Shown here piece by piece: positions 27,658 to 36,491 of a stretch of DNA of 56,392 bases. Source of the stretch: an archaeon. GTDB lineage: Archaea; Nanobdellota; Nanobdellia; Pacearchaeales; GW2011-AR1. The stretch's first letter is position 1. Every line of letters starts with the position of its first letter. The translations under genes and the position numbers were made by a program. Location of the stretch: NCBI GenBank assembly GCA_009992175.1, contig JAACWA010000015.1, positions 1-56,392 of the forward strand. The letters run 5' to 3'. Below the pieces are notes generated by a model. The model had not been told where the DNA came from and did no database searches. It worked only from the letters and a program-made list of their open reading frames with translations.

Positions 27658-27668
27658 AACTAAAAAAG

Positions 27669-28106
27669 ATGAACTGTCCATTTTGCCATGATACAAAATT
27701 CAAGGTCACGAACAAGAGAGAATCTTTAGAAGGTATCAGAAGAAGGCGTGAGTGCCTTAAATGTGGAAAACGCTTCACAACTTATGAAAAAATCGCTGAA
27801 ACGGAATTGTATGTAATAAAAAAAGATCACTCAAGAGAAAAGTTTGATGTTCAAAAAATAAAAAAAGGCCTAGACAAAGCTTTTGAAAAAAGACCAGTTC
27901 AAAAAAATAAAATAGATCAAATTATCCTTGAGATTGAAGAGTACTTCAGAAAAAAAGGAAAAAAAGAGATTAAAAGCCAAACAATTGGAGAAATTATGAT
28001 GAAAAAAATAAAAAAATTGGACAAAGTTGCTTACGTGAGGTTCGCCTCTGTATATCGAGACTTTAAAGATATTAAAGATTTTAAGGAGGAAATAAAAGGA
28101 TTGTAA
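27669..28106 (+). CDS. nrdR: NrdR transcriptional repressor (zinc ribbon plus ATP-cone)
   Basis: MNCPFCHDTKFKV...RRRRECLKCGKRFTTYE zinc ribbon followed by an ATP-cone (VIKKDHSREKFDVQKIKKGL...VAYVRFASVYRDF). Confidence 0.9.
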   Translation: MNCPFCHDTKFKVTNKRESLEGIRRRRECLKCGKRFTTYEKIAETELYVIKKDHSREKFDVQKIKKGLDKAFEKRPVQKNKIDQIILEIEEYFRKKGKKEIKSQTIGEIMMKKIKKLDKVAYVRFASVYRDFKDIKDFKEEIKGL

Positions 28107-28107
28107 A

Positions 28108-30621
28108 ATGGAAAATGAATTAGAAAACAATTTAAGAAAATTAACTAAGCTTAATTTGAGTTTGAATCAACTAAAAGTAATTAAGGATAAATACTTGAAA
28201 AATTCTCCAACTGTTGAAGATTGGTTTAAAACAGTTTGCCACAACATTTCTCTTTCTGAAATTTTGCATTCGGATAAAGTTTCTGAAGAGAAAATTTTTA
28301 AAGATGTTTATTATAAAAAAATTGAAGAAGATTATAATGGGAAAAAAATAAAAACATACTTATTACATAAGGAATTTTCTGATCATAATTCAAGAAGAAA
28401 AAATTTTAAAAAATTTATTTCTAATTTAGAAGAAATTAATCAAAAAAATCCAGAGATAAGTTCGGAAATAGAAAAAGAATTTTATGAACTTTTATCTAGC
28501 TTTAAATTTTTACCTAACTCTCCTACACTTATGAATGCGGGAAGGGACCTTCAACAATTAAGTGCTTGTTATGTTTTGCCTGTGGGTGACTCTATTGAAG
28601 AAATTTATGATTCAGTAAAGAATATGGCCTTAATTCATAAAAGTGGAGGGGGAACTGGTTTTTCCTTTTCAAACCTTAGACCAACAAATGATATAGTCAT
28701 AACAACAAAAGGAATTTCTTCTGGACCACTTTCATTCATGCAAATTTTTGATAAATCAACTGAAGTAGTAAAACAAGGAGGAACTAGAAGAGGAGCTAAT
28801 ATGGGAATACTTCATTATAATCATCCAGATATCTTAAACTTTATTGATATGAAAAAAACTCCGGGAGTTATGGAAAACTTTAATGTTTCAGTTACAATTG
28901 ATAAAGAATTTATGGATGCTGTAAAAAATAATCAAGAATATGAATTAATTAACCCTCGAACTAAAGAAGTTACCGGAAAACTTAATGCAAAAGATGTTTG
29001 GAAAAAATTAGTTCAAGGGGCTTGGGAATCTGGGGACCCAGGAATAATTATGATTGACCGAATAAACAACACTGGAAGTAATGCAACACCTCAGCTTGGA
29101 CAAATTGAATCAACAAACCCTTGTGGAGAACAACCTCTTTTACCATATGAACCCTGTAACCTAGGTTCAATTAATCTTTCGAAATTCATAAAAGAGGATG
29201 GAAGTAATTTTGATTTTGAAAACCTTAAAAAAACAGTTGAAATTTCTACAAGATTTTTAGATAATGTTATTGATATTAATTGTTACCCTATCCCTAAAAT
29301 TGAAGAGACTGCAAAAAAAACAAGAAGAATAGGGTTAGGAGTTATGGGTTGGGCAGAAGCTTTAGTTAAATTAGGAATTCCATATAACTCTCCACAAGCA
29401 ATTGAAAAAGCAAAAGAAGTGATGAAACTAATTAATGAGACTTGCTTAGAATATTCTGAAAAACTAGGAAAAGAAAGAGGAGTTTTCCCGGCATTTAAAG
29501 GGAGTATTTATGACAAAGAAAGTAGTTTTTTTAGGGGAGTAGAAAATTTTCCAAGGCATTCAGCTCGAACAACTATCGCTCCAACAGGAACAATTGGAAT
29601 TGCGGCAGGACTTCAAGGAGCGGGAATTGAACCTTTCTTTGCAGTAGTTTATACTAGATACAATGCTGCAGGGATTGATGCATTAAAAAAAGGAGAAAAA
29701 CCAAAAGAACAAGATACCTTTTTTGAGGTAAACCCTTTATTTGAAAAGATTGCAGAAAAAAATAATTACTTTGGTTTGAAAAGAGAAGAACTTTTTATGA
29801 AAGTTAATAACAATCACAAAGCTTTAGTTGGAATAAAAGAAATTCCAGTAGAAATCCAAAATTTGTTTTTAACCTCACATGATTTAAAACCTAAAGAACA
29901 TGTTTTAATGCAATGTGCATTTCAAGAATATACAGACAATGCAGTTTCTAAAACAGTTAACTTGAAAAATGAAGCCACTCCAGAAGACGTTGAAGAAGTT
30001 TATATGCTTGCATATGAAAATGGTGCTAAAGGAGTTACAATTTATAGAGATGGAAGTAAACAATTCCAAATTTTAAATATAAATGATAAGAAAAAAGAAG
30101 AGAAAAAGGAAATAAAAAAAGATTTACCTGAATTTGCAGAATACTATTTGATTGAAACTGGACAAGGTCCAATTCACATACATATAAATTACAATGAAGA
30201 AAGAATTTCAAAAATATTTGCTAACCTTTCTCCTATTGGAACTGAAATTTCTGGAATGGCAACTTCCCTTGCAATAGTTATTTCGAAATATCTTGAACTT
30301 GGTGGAGACCCAGTTAGACTTTTAAAACATTTGAATTCAATAAAATCAGAAAAACCATACGGATTTGGAAAAAATAGAGTTGATTCAATTCCCCATGCAT
30401 TTTCAATTGCAATAAGAAAACATTTGGTTAAAGTTGGTAAACTTAAACCTTTAGAAAATGGAAATGGATTTTCAGAAAGTAATGGAGAAATTGCAAAAAT
30501 TGAAGTTGATAAGGATGTAAAGAACCTTTATTGTTCTAAATGTTTTAGTTCGAATGTTGAGATGGTTTCTGGATGTAGTGAACCCACATGTTTTGATTGT
30601 GGATATAGTAAGTGTAGTTGA
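28108..30621 (+). CDS. nrdJ: class II (adenosylcobalamin-dependent) ribonucleotide reductase
   Basis: 837 aa with LPNSPTLMNAG, SACYVL, NPCGEQPLLPYEPCNLGSINL and TIAPTGTI motifs. C-terminal Cys-rich tail. Start is 1 nt after the nrdR stop. Confidence 0.92.
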   Translation: MENELENNLRKLTKLNLSLNQLKVIKDKYLKNSPTVEDWFKTVCHNISLSEILHSDKVSEEKIFKDVYYKKIEEDYNGKKIKTYLLHKEFSDHNSRRKNFKKFISNLEEINQKNPEISSEIEKEFYELLSSFKFLPNSPTLMNAGRDLQQLSACYVLPVGDSIEEIYDSVKNMALIHKSGGGTGFSFSNLRPTNDIVITTKGISSGPLSFMQIFDKSTEVVKQGGTRRGANMGILHYNHPDILNFIDMKKTPGVMENFNVSVTIDKEFMDAVKNNQEYELINPRTKEVTGKLNAKDVWKKLVQGAWESGDPGIIMIDRINNTGSNATPQLGQIESTNPCGEQPLLPYEPCNLGSINLSKFIKEDGSNFDFENLKKTVEISTRFLDNVIDINCYPIPKIEETAKKTRRIGLGVMGWAEALVKLGIPYNSPQAIEKAKEVMKLINETCLEYSEKLGKERGVFPAFKGSIYDKESSFFRGVENFPRHSARTTIAPTGTIGIAAGLQGAGIEPFFAVVYTRYNAAGIDALKKGEKPKEQDTFFEVNPLFEKIAEKNNYFGLKREELFMKVNNNHKALVGIKEIPVEIQNLFLTSHDLKPKEHVLMQCAFQEYTDNAVSKTVNLKNEATPEDVEEVYMLAYENGAKGVTIYRDGSKQFQILNINDKKKEEKKEIKKDLPEFAEYYLIETGQGPIHIHINYNEERISKIFANLSPIGTEISGMATSLAIVISKYLELGGDPVRLLKHLNSIKSEKPYGFGKNRVDSIPHAFSIAIRKHLVKVGKLKPLENGNGFSESNGEIAKIEVDKDVKNLYCSKCFSSNVEMVSGCSEPTCFDCGYSKCS

Positions 30622-30665
30622 AGACAATAATCTTTTTAATTAGATAATTGGTTTAAAAGTATATC

Positions 30666-31199
30666 ATGGAAAACAAAGAAAAAGTAATAATCTCGGAATT
30701 GATAAAGGAGATCTATCTCGTATGTCCAAAAAATTTGGACAAAATTTTTAATAATGAAATCCTTGTTTTAATTAATCCCTTTATTTATCATGGAGAAGGA
30801 AAAATTCCTGAAAATAAATATCATGATGAAGTATTTAACATATTATTCAGAGAGAAAAAATCTTTAATTGTTATGAGTGATATTGGAATTTATGAAGCAA
30901 TAGTAAAAACTGCCCTTTTTCATTCAGAAGCTCCAAGAATATTTTGTTCTACTGAATTGGATGAAAAAAGCAGTAAACTTGAATTGATTTTAGGAAAAGT
31001 ATTTCAAAAAATTCATCCAAAGAAAGTTTTATTGTCTGACCCAATGATTGAATTTTCACAATCTGAACTTGAAGAAGGGAAAAATTTTGATATGGGTGCA
31101 ATTTCAGATTCAGAATATTTGTTTTTGAAATTAAGAAAGAAATATTCTGTTGGGTTGTCTCCTTTATTAAAAAATTTGGATAGGAAATATAATGAATAA
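30666..31199 (+). CDS. hypothetical protein
   Basis: 177-aa ORF, same strand, between nrdJ and the cobalamin adenosyltransferase gene. No motif recognised. Confidence 0.55.
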   Translation: MENKEKVIISELIKEIYLVCPKNLDKIFNNEILVLINPFIYHGEGKIPENKYHDEVFNILFREKKSLIVMSDIGIYEAIVKTALFHSEAPRIFCSTELDEKSSKLELILGKVFQKIHPKKVLLSDPMIEFSQSELEEGKNFDMGAISDSEYLFLKLRKKYSVGLSPLLKNLDRKYNE

Positions 31200-31506
31200 T
31201 AAATCTTTATGGGAAATATTAGTTCCAAAGTTTTCAAATGAGAAAAAAGAATTTGAAATAAAACATCATCAAAAATGGGACAAACAGATTAGGAAAATTT
31301 CTGGGGGACTAACTATTTTAAGAACAGCAAAAGGTCAATGGATAAACATAAATGAAAAACTTTTTGCAGAAGAGACGATTCCAGTGAGAATATATTGTTG
31401 TGAAGAGGATATTGATAAGATAATGAATTATACTTTAAATTATTATGATCAAGAGGCAATTTTTGCATATCAAGTTAATGATAATGTAAAAATTTTGGAG
31501 AAATAA
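31192..31506 (+). CDS. hypothetical protein
   Basis: 104-aa ORF. Overlaps the previous ORF by 8 nt and ends 2 nt before the next gene. Confidence 0.55.
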   Translation: MNNKSLWEILVPKFSNEKKEFEIKHHQKWDKQIRKISGGLTILRTAKGQWININEKLFAEETIPVRIYCCEEDIDKIMNYTLNYYDQEAIFAYQVNDNVKILEK

Positions 31507-31508
31507 AA

Positions 31509-32039
31509 ATGGCTATTGAAAAAGATAAATTAGGGTTGGTGCATATATATACTGGTGAAGGAAAAGGAAAAACTTCATCAGGAATGGGATTAATTGTTCG
31601 TGCACTTGGCCGAGGGTTAAAAGTAAAGATTATCCAATTATTTAAACGAGACACCGGAGAACAATTCTTTTTTGAAAACTCTGGAGTAAAATATTTGCAA
31701 TTTAAACCTCTTCATCCCTACTTTAAAGATTATAACCCCACTCAACTTGAGAGTTTAAAAAAAGAATTTTTAATTTTTTGGGAAGGGGCATTAAGAGATA
31801 TAGAAGAATATGATTTAATTTTAATTGATGAAGTTGGTCCAGGATTAAATTGGAAAGTAATTCCTGAAAATTTGGTTTTGGATTTAATAAAAAACAAACC
31901 AAAAAACACCGAATTAGTTTTGACTGGAAGAGATTTCCCTGATTCAGTTAAAGAAAAAGTTGATTATGTAACTGACCTGCAAAAAATAAAACATCCCTAT
32001 GACAAAGGAATTCTTGCGAGAGAAGGGATTGAATTCTAA
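31509..32039 (+). CDS. cobA: ATP:cob(I)alamin adenosyltransferase (CobA/BtuR/CobO type)
   Basis: IYTGEGKGKTSSGMGLIVRALGRGLKVKIIQLFK, LILIDEVG, LVLTGRD and KHPYDKGILAREGIEF align well by eye with enterobacterial CobA. Confidence 0.85.
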   Translation: MAIEKDKLGLVHIYTGEGKGKTSSGMGLIVRALGRGLKVKIIQLFKRDTGEQFFFENSGVKYLQFKPLHPYFKDYNPTQLESLKKEFLIFWEGALRDIEEYDLILIDEVGPGLNWKVIPENLVLDLIKNKPKNTELVLTGRDFPDSVKEKVDYVTDLQKIKHPYDKGILAREGIEF

Positions 32040-32329
32040 TGATTCCTATTCTTTTAATGATCCTTGATTTACTTGCTCTCACTTCACTTACTCTTGTACA
32101 GTTTAAGATTAGTTTTGCATTCCAATTTTTAATTATATCCTCAATTTATCTGATTGCTAAAGGTTTTATGTTTAGAGATGTAATGAGTATAATTGACCTT
32201 TTGTGTGGGGTATACCTTTTAGTTGCATTTATATTTGGAATTTCTTCCTTTTTATATTGGATAATTTTGGGGTGGTTTATATATAAACTATTTTTTGTAG
32301 TAATATTTAATGCTCTAAATTTTTCTTAA
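32039..32329 (+). CDS. small membrane protein
   Basis: 96 aa with three hydrophobic helices. Its ATG overlaps the cobA stop (TAATG). Confidence 0.5.
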   Translation: MIPILLMILDLLALTSLTLVQFKISFAFQFLIISSIYLIAKGFMFRDVMSIIDLLCGVYLLVAFIFGISSFLYWIILGWFIYKLFFVVIFNALNFS

Positions 32330-32330
32330 A

Positions 32331-33389
32331 ATGATAATTGGAATAACTGGAACAATGTGTGCAGGAAAAGGAACTATTGTTGAATTTTTAAAATCAAAAG
32401 GATTTAAACATTACTCAGTAAGAGATTTTCTTGTAGAAGAAATAAAAAAAAGAGAATTGTCTGTGAATAGAGATTCAATGATTCTTGTTGGAAATTATTT
32501 AAGAGAAAAAAATTCTCCAAGTTATATTGCCGAAAAACTTTATGAAAGAGCTAAGAATAATGGAGGAGATGCGATAATAGAAAGTCTTAGGGCAGTTGGG
32601 GAAGTTGAAACTCTAAAAAATAAAGGAAATTTTTATCTTTTTAGCGTTGACGCTCCAATTGAAGTTAGATATAAAAGATCTCAATCAAGAAATTTATCTG
32701 AATCTGATTTAGTGAGCTTTGAAAAATTTGTTTCTCAAGAGGAAAAAGAAATGGAAAATGATGACCCCTCTAAACAAAATATTTCTGCATGTATGCAAAT
32801 TTCTGATTTCCACTTTGTTAATGATGAAGCAATTGAAGAATTGTATAAACAAGTTCAAGAAACTCTAAATGAAATTCAAATCTCTTCTTCAAAAATAAAA
32901 AAAGTTTCTTGGGATGACTATTTTATGTCAATTGCTTACCTTGTTGCAGCAAAAAGTAAAGATGAAAGTACCCACATTGGAGCGGTTATTGTTGGAAAAA
33001 ATAATGAAATTAAATCTACTGGGTATAACAGTTTTGTTAGAGGATTAAAAGATGACGTTGCTGAAAGGCAAGAAAAACCTGAAAAATATTTTTGGTTTGA
33101 ACATGGAGAAAGGAATGCAATTTATAATGCAACTCTTGCTGGACTTTCTTTGAGTGGATGTAAAATTTATACTAATGGAGTTCCATGTATGGATTGTGCA
33201 AGGGGAATAATTCAAGCAGGAATAACTGAAATAATTGTTGACAAAAAGTGGGATGACAAAAACCCAGAGATGTGGAGAGAACAAGCAAAAAGAAGTATTG
33301 AAATGTTTGAAGAAGTTGGAGTTAAATTGAGATACTGGGATGGAGAAATTTTACCTATTCAAAAATATAGAAGAGGAGAATTTATTTAA
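32331..33389 (+). CDS. P-loop nucleotide kinase domain fused to dCMP deaminase
   Basis: N-terminal GITGTMCAGKGT Walker A, about 180 aa. C-terminal cytidine/deoxycytidylate deaminase zinc motifs HGERNAI and PCMDCARGI. Confidence 0.85.
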   Translation: MIIGITGTMCAGKGTIVEFLKSKGFKHYSVRDFLVEEIKKRELSVNRDSMILVGNYLREKNSPSYIAEKLYERAKNNGGDAIIESLRAVGEVETLKNKGNFYLFSVDAPIEVRYKRSQSRNLSESDLVSFEKFVSQEEKEMENDDPSKQNISACMQISDFHFVNDEAIEELYKQVQETLNEIQISSSKIKKVSWDDYFMSIAYLVAAKSKDESTHIGAVIVGKNNEIKSTGYNSFVRGLKDDVAERQEKPEKYFWFEHGERNAIYNATLAGLSLSGCKIYTNGVPCMDCARGIIQAGITEIIVDKKWDDKNPEMWREQAKRSIEMFEEVGVKLRYWDGEILPIQKYRRGEFI

Positions 33390-33392
33390 TTT

Positions 33393-34322
33393 TTATAAAA
33401 TAAAAGAAATTTTTTCTGCCATTTTTCTGTTTATTGCTTCTTCAGAATCATAAATGTTAAACCTTTCAAAATTTGGCATTTTTCCACCATGCATTTTTGT
33501 TCCCTCTAAATATAAGTTTTCAATCCAATTTGTTGCATATCTTTTGTTAACTAAAACTTGATAAGAAGAATTTTTTTCATGGTTATCTAATTTACGTCCT
33601 TTGCTTCTTTTTTCTTTTAATTCTAAATAATCTTTTTGTGTCCAATCTTTTGGACCAGAAACAATAAACAAATCAGTTGGAGAATTTCCAAATGCAAATT
33701 TGTGACCAGGGAGGCTAAGGTAATCTTTAGGTAAAATTCCTTTTGAAAGATTTTCTTTGTCATAAATTTGGTAACAAGCAGACTCTTCACTTCTACTTCT
33801 AACAATTATTTTATTTTTTTCTCTAAAAATTTTCCTAAACCTCAAAAACTCATCAATACGATATACTGAATGTGTAACTGCAGCAGAATAAGGATCCATT
33901 TTTTCTCCATAATCTGAACGATTTTGTTCAATTGCCCTATTAACTTGTCCAGCTCCCCTTTTTGTTGGTTCTTCCATAATCCAAACATCAGCTGAATCTG
34001 GATTGAGGTAAGTTGAAATATCATTTTTAACGGAAGATGCAACAGCTAAATCTCCTTCTCTTCTTCCCCCAGACATTAAATAATAAGCTTCAAGTAAAAA
34101 ATCTTTTTTTCTTTCTTCAGAAAGATCTGAAAGATGGGTCAAATTTTCATTAAATTTTTTGAAAGGTTCTGTATGAAAAAGAGCTTCAATTTCTGTTCCC
34201 CTAATATCTCTTACTTTCATTCCATTTACTTTAAAAAAATTAATAAGATATTTAATTTGGGTGCTAGTTCCACTCATATCTGGACCACAAACAACTAAAT
34301 CTAAAAATTTTCCTCTTTGCAT
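33393..34322 (-). CDS. thymidylate-kinase-like protein with degenerate P-loop
   Basis: 309 aa. VVCGPDMSGTSTQIKYL resembles the Tmk GxDGxGKSTQ motif but has Thr in place of the P-loop Lys. IVRSRSEESACYQ resembles the Tmk DRYxxSxxAYQ motif. The function call is tentative. Confidence 0.5.
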   Translation of the reverse strand: MQRGKFLDLVVCGPDMSGTSTQIKYLINFFKVNGMKVRDIRGTEIEALFHTEPFKKFNENLTHLSDLSEERKKDFLLEAYYLMSGGRREGDLAVASSVKNDISTYLNPDSADVWIMEEPTKRGAGQVNRAIEQNRSDYGEKMDPYSAAVTHSVYRIDEFLRFRKIFREKNKIIVRSRSEESACYQIYDKENLSKGILPKDYLSLPGHKFAFGNSPTDLFIVSGPKDWTQKDYLELKEKRSKGRKLDNHEKNSSYQVLVNKRYATNWIENLYLEGTKMHGGKMPNFERFNIYDSEEAINRKMAEKISFIL

Positions 34323-34409
34323 TTTAATAAAATCTCTTTTTAATTTTTAAAATAATCTCTCTTTTATTATATACATTGAGTTGTATTTTTGATAAGGTTT
34401 GCTGACAAC

Positions 34410-35492
34410 TTAAGCTGCCATGTTTGCTTTAGAATCCCATTTAAGGGGGTTATATCCATCTATCTTTATTATTTCTAATGGAGACATATTAATTGATTCT
34501 AAAAGAGGAACATTTTTTTCTATTGTTAATTTAGGATAACCTAGGGGTTCCTTAGAAATTTGATTTAAAACAAAAGGAATATGGTCTTTTCTTTCATTTC
34601 CTTCTGACTCTTCTGGAACTTGTTTAAGATACCACTCTCTTAATTCTAAATATCCTTCTCTTTCATCTATTTTTTTAAATTTATTCTGAAAATTTTCAAC
34701 ATTTTTGGGATTCATCCAAAAGTTAGACCTTGGTTGAACTCCAACATAAATATGAGTATTAATTGGAGTATGAATAAAAAATCTTGGAATATATCCAGTT
34801 TCATTCGCAACTAAATGTAATAGTGCAGAATCTTGTGCAAGGTTAAAAGGTATTCCTAAAAAAGAATCATTACTTCTTTGAACCATATGTAAATCCAGAT
34901 GTTTTCCAAAAACACTAAATTGGTGCCAAAATGGACAAGGTCCTAAAGCCATTTCTGGTAAGTCTCCTACATTCCATGCAGATAAAGCATGATATCTTGA
35001 ACCCGGTCTTTCTTTTATACTCTTTAACATTTTTGTTAATTGGTCAGTTTCTTCTCCCTTAGAATTTTTCCAATGTCTCCACTGATATCCATAAACTGGA
35101 CCTAAATCTCCTGCTTTTTTATAAAATTCAGAATCTTCTTTTATTTTTTCAGAATAGTTTTTGAATTCTTCATTCCATTGTTGAGAATGTTTTGGAATTT
35201 TTTCATTTAAGTTGTTTGTTTTTAGATATCTATCAAACGCATTTGCAGTCCAGATATTAACATTTTTATCCACCAAACTTTTAACATTTCTTTCTCCCCT
35301 AAGTTTCCAAAAAAGTTCTTCGAAAGGAAGTCTTGGAGGAACATTTTTTGTGGTAACCAATGGAAAACCTTCTCTTAAATCATAAGTGCTTTGAAATCCT
35401 GAAATTCCTAGGATATATTCTTCGGTTCTTGGTTCATAACCAAAATCTCCTCTTTTGAGAATTTCTTTTAAAAGTGTGTGATACGCCTCCAT
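34410..35492 (-). CDS. thyA: thymidylate synthase ThyA (long form with two insertions)
   Basis: GFPLVTTK, GDLGPVYGYQWRHW, SAWNVGDLPEMALGPCPFWHQF (catalytic Cys), QRSNDSFLGIPFN. Start set at Met15 (MEAYHTLL), which has a TATA-like ttatataaa about 27 nt upstream on the minus strand. Confidence 0.9.
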   Translation of the reverse strand: MEAYHTLLKEILKRGDFGYEPRTEEYILGISGFQSTYDLREGFPLVTTKNVPPRLPFEELFWKLRGERNVKSLVDKNVNIWTANAFDRYLKTNNLNEKIPKHSQQWNEEFKNYSEKIKEDSEFYKKAGDLGPVYGYQWRHWKNSKGEETDQLTKMLKSIKERPGSRYHALSAWNVGDLPEMALGPCPFWHQFSVFGKHLDLHMVQRSNDSFLGIPFNLAQDSALLHLVANETGYIPRFFIHTPINTHIYVGVQPRSNFWMNPKNVENFQNKFKKIDEREGYLELREWYLKQVPEESEGNERKDHIPFVLNQISKEPLGYPKLTIEKNVPLLESINMSPLEIIKIDGYNPLKWDSKANMAA

Positions 35493-35548
35493 TCTTATCA
35501 AAAGACTTGCACTGTTTATATAATTTATTAACAATTTTTAGAGATAAA

Positions 35549-35558
35549 ATTTTATAAA
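35549..35558 (+). promoter_or_regulatory. TATA box
   Basis: attttataaa centred 26 nt upstream of the folA ATG at 35580. Confidence 0.5.
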
Positions 35559-35579
35559 TTAGGGAAAATTTGTTTCTAA

Positions 35580-36065
35580 ATGGATTTAACATTAATAGCT
35601 GCACTTTCTGATAATAATGTTATAGGAATAGATAACAAAATTCCTTGGAGAATTAAGGAGGATATGGTTAGGTTTAAAGAATTAACAATAAATCATCCTG
35701 TAATTATGGGAAGAAAGACTTATGAATCAATTCCTGAAAAATATAGACCTTTACCTGAAAGAAAAAATATTATCCTTTCAAAAAAACTTGAACTTAAAGA
35801 AGGAATTTATATTGCAAGAAACATTCATGAAGCAATATCTCTTACAAACGAAAAATCTTCCTATATTATGGGGGGAGAAGAGATATACAATCTATTTTTG
35901 CCTCTTGTTAACAAAATGGAACTGACAAAAATTTATAAAAATTTTGAGGGGAATGCATTTTTTCCTGAAATTAATTGGGAAGAATGGAATTTAACCAAAG
36001 AAGAAAAGAAAGAAACTGAAAAAGGAACTCTGTTTTCATTTTTAACTTATCAAAGAAAAAAATAA
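35580..36065 (+). CDS. folA: dihydrofolate reductase
   Basis: 161 aa with LIAALSDNNVIGIDNKIPWRIKEDMVRFKELT, VIMGRKTYESIP and GGEEIY motifs. Confidence 0.9.
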   Translation: MDLTLIAALSDNNVIGIDNKIPWRIKEDMVRFKELTINHPVIMGRKTYESIPEKYRPLPERKNIILSKKLELKEGIYIARNIHEAISLTNEKSSYIMGGEEIYNLFLPLVNKMELTKIYKNFEGNAFFPEINWEEWNLTKEEKKETEKGTLFSFLTYQRKK

Positions 36066-36109
36066 ATTCTTGGAAGGATATAAAAAAGATTACTTTTTCC
36101 AAATATAAA

Positions 36110-36119
36110 ATTTTATAAA
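36110..36119 (+). promoter_or_regulatory. TATA box
   Basis: attttataaa centred 26 nt upstream of the thioredoxin ATG at 36141. Confidence 0.5.
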
Positions 36120-36140
36120 TTAATTTTCCTTATAAAAAAA

Positions 36141-36467
36141 ATGACAGGAAATGATATTGTTCCAGAATTGACAAATGGTGAATTTGAAACTTTTTCAAAA
36201 GAAGGAACTATCTTTTTAGATTTTTTTGCAGAATGGTGTATGCCTTGCACTATGATGGACCCAATAATTGATGAATTGAGTGAAGAATTTAAAGAAAAAA
36301 TAAAATTTGGAAAAATAAATGTTGATGAAAATACTAAAATTGCTCAAAAATTTGAAGTATGCTCAATTCCTACCTTTCTTTTAATTCGTGATTCGAAAGT
36401 TCTTGAAAGATTTTCTGGAGCAACTAATCAAGAAGAACTAAGAGAAGTTTTGAAAAAACATTTGTAA
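36141..36467 (+). CDS. trxA: thioredoxin (WCMPC active site)
   Basis: 108 aa. DFFAEWCMPCTMMDP redox motif (CMPC instead of the canonical CGPC) and a cis-Pro context SIPTFLL. Confidence 0.85.
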   Translation: MTGNDIVPELTNGEFETFSKEGTIFLDFFAEWCMPCTMMDPIIDELSEEFKEKIKFGKINVDENTKIAQKFEVCSIPTFLLIRDSKVLERFSGATNQEELREVLKKHL

Positions 36468-36481
36468 TTTCTCCCAAGAAA

Positions 36482-36491
36482 CTTTTATAAA
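36482..36491 (+). promoter_or_regulatory. TATA box of tRNA-Lys
   Basis: cttttataaa lies within the extended motif gaaacttttataaactaatttcttataaaa, about 30 nt upstream of the mature tRNA 5' end. Confidence 0.55.
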
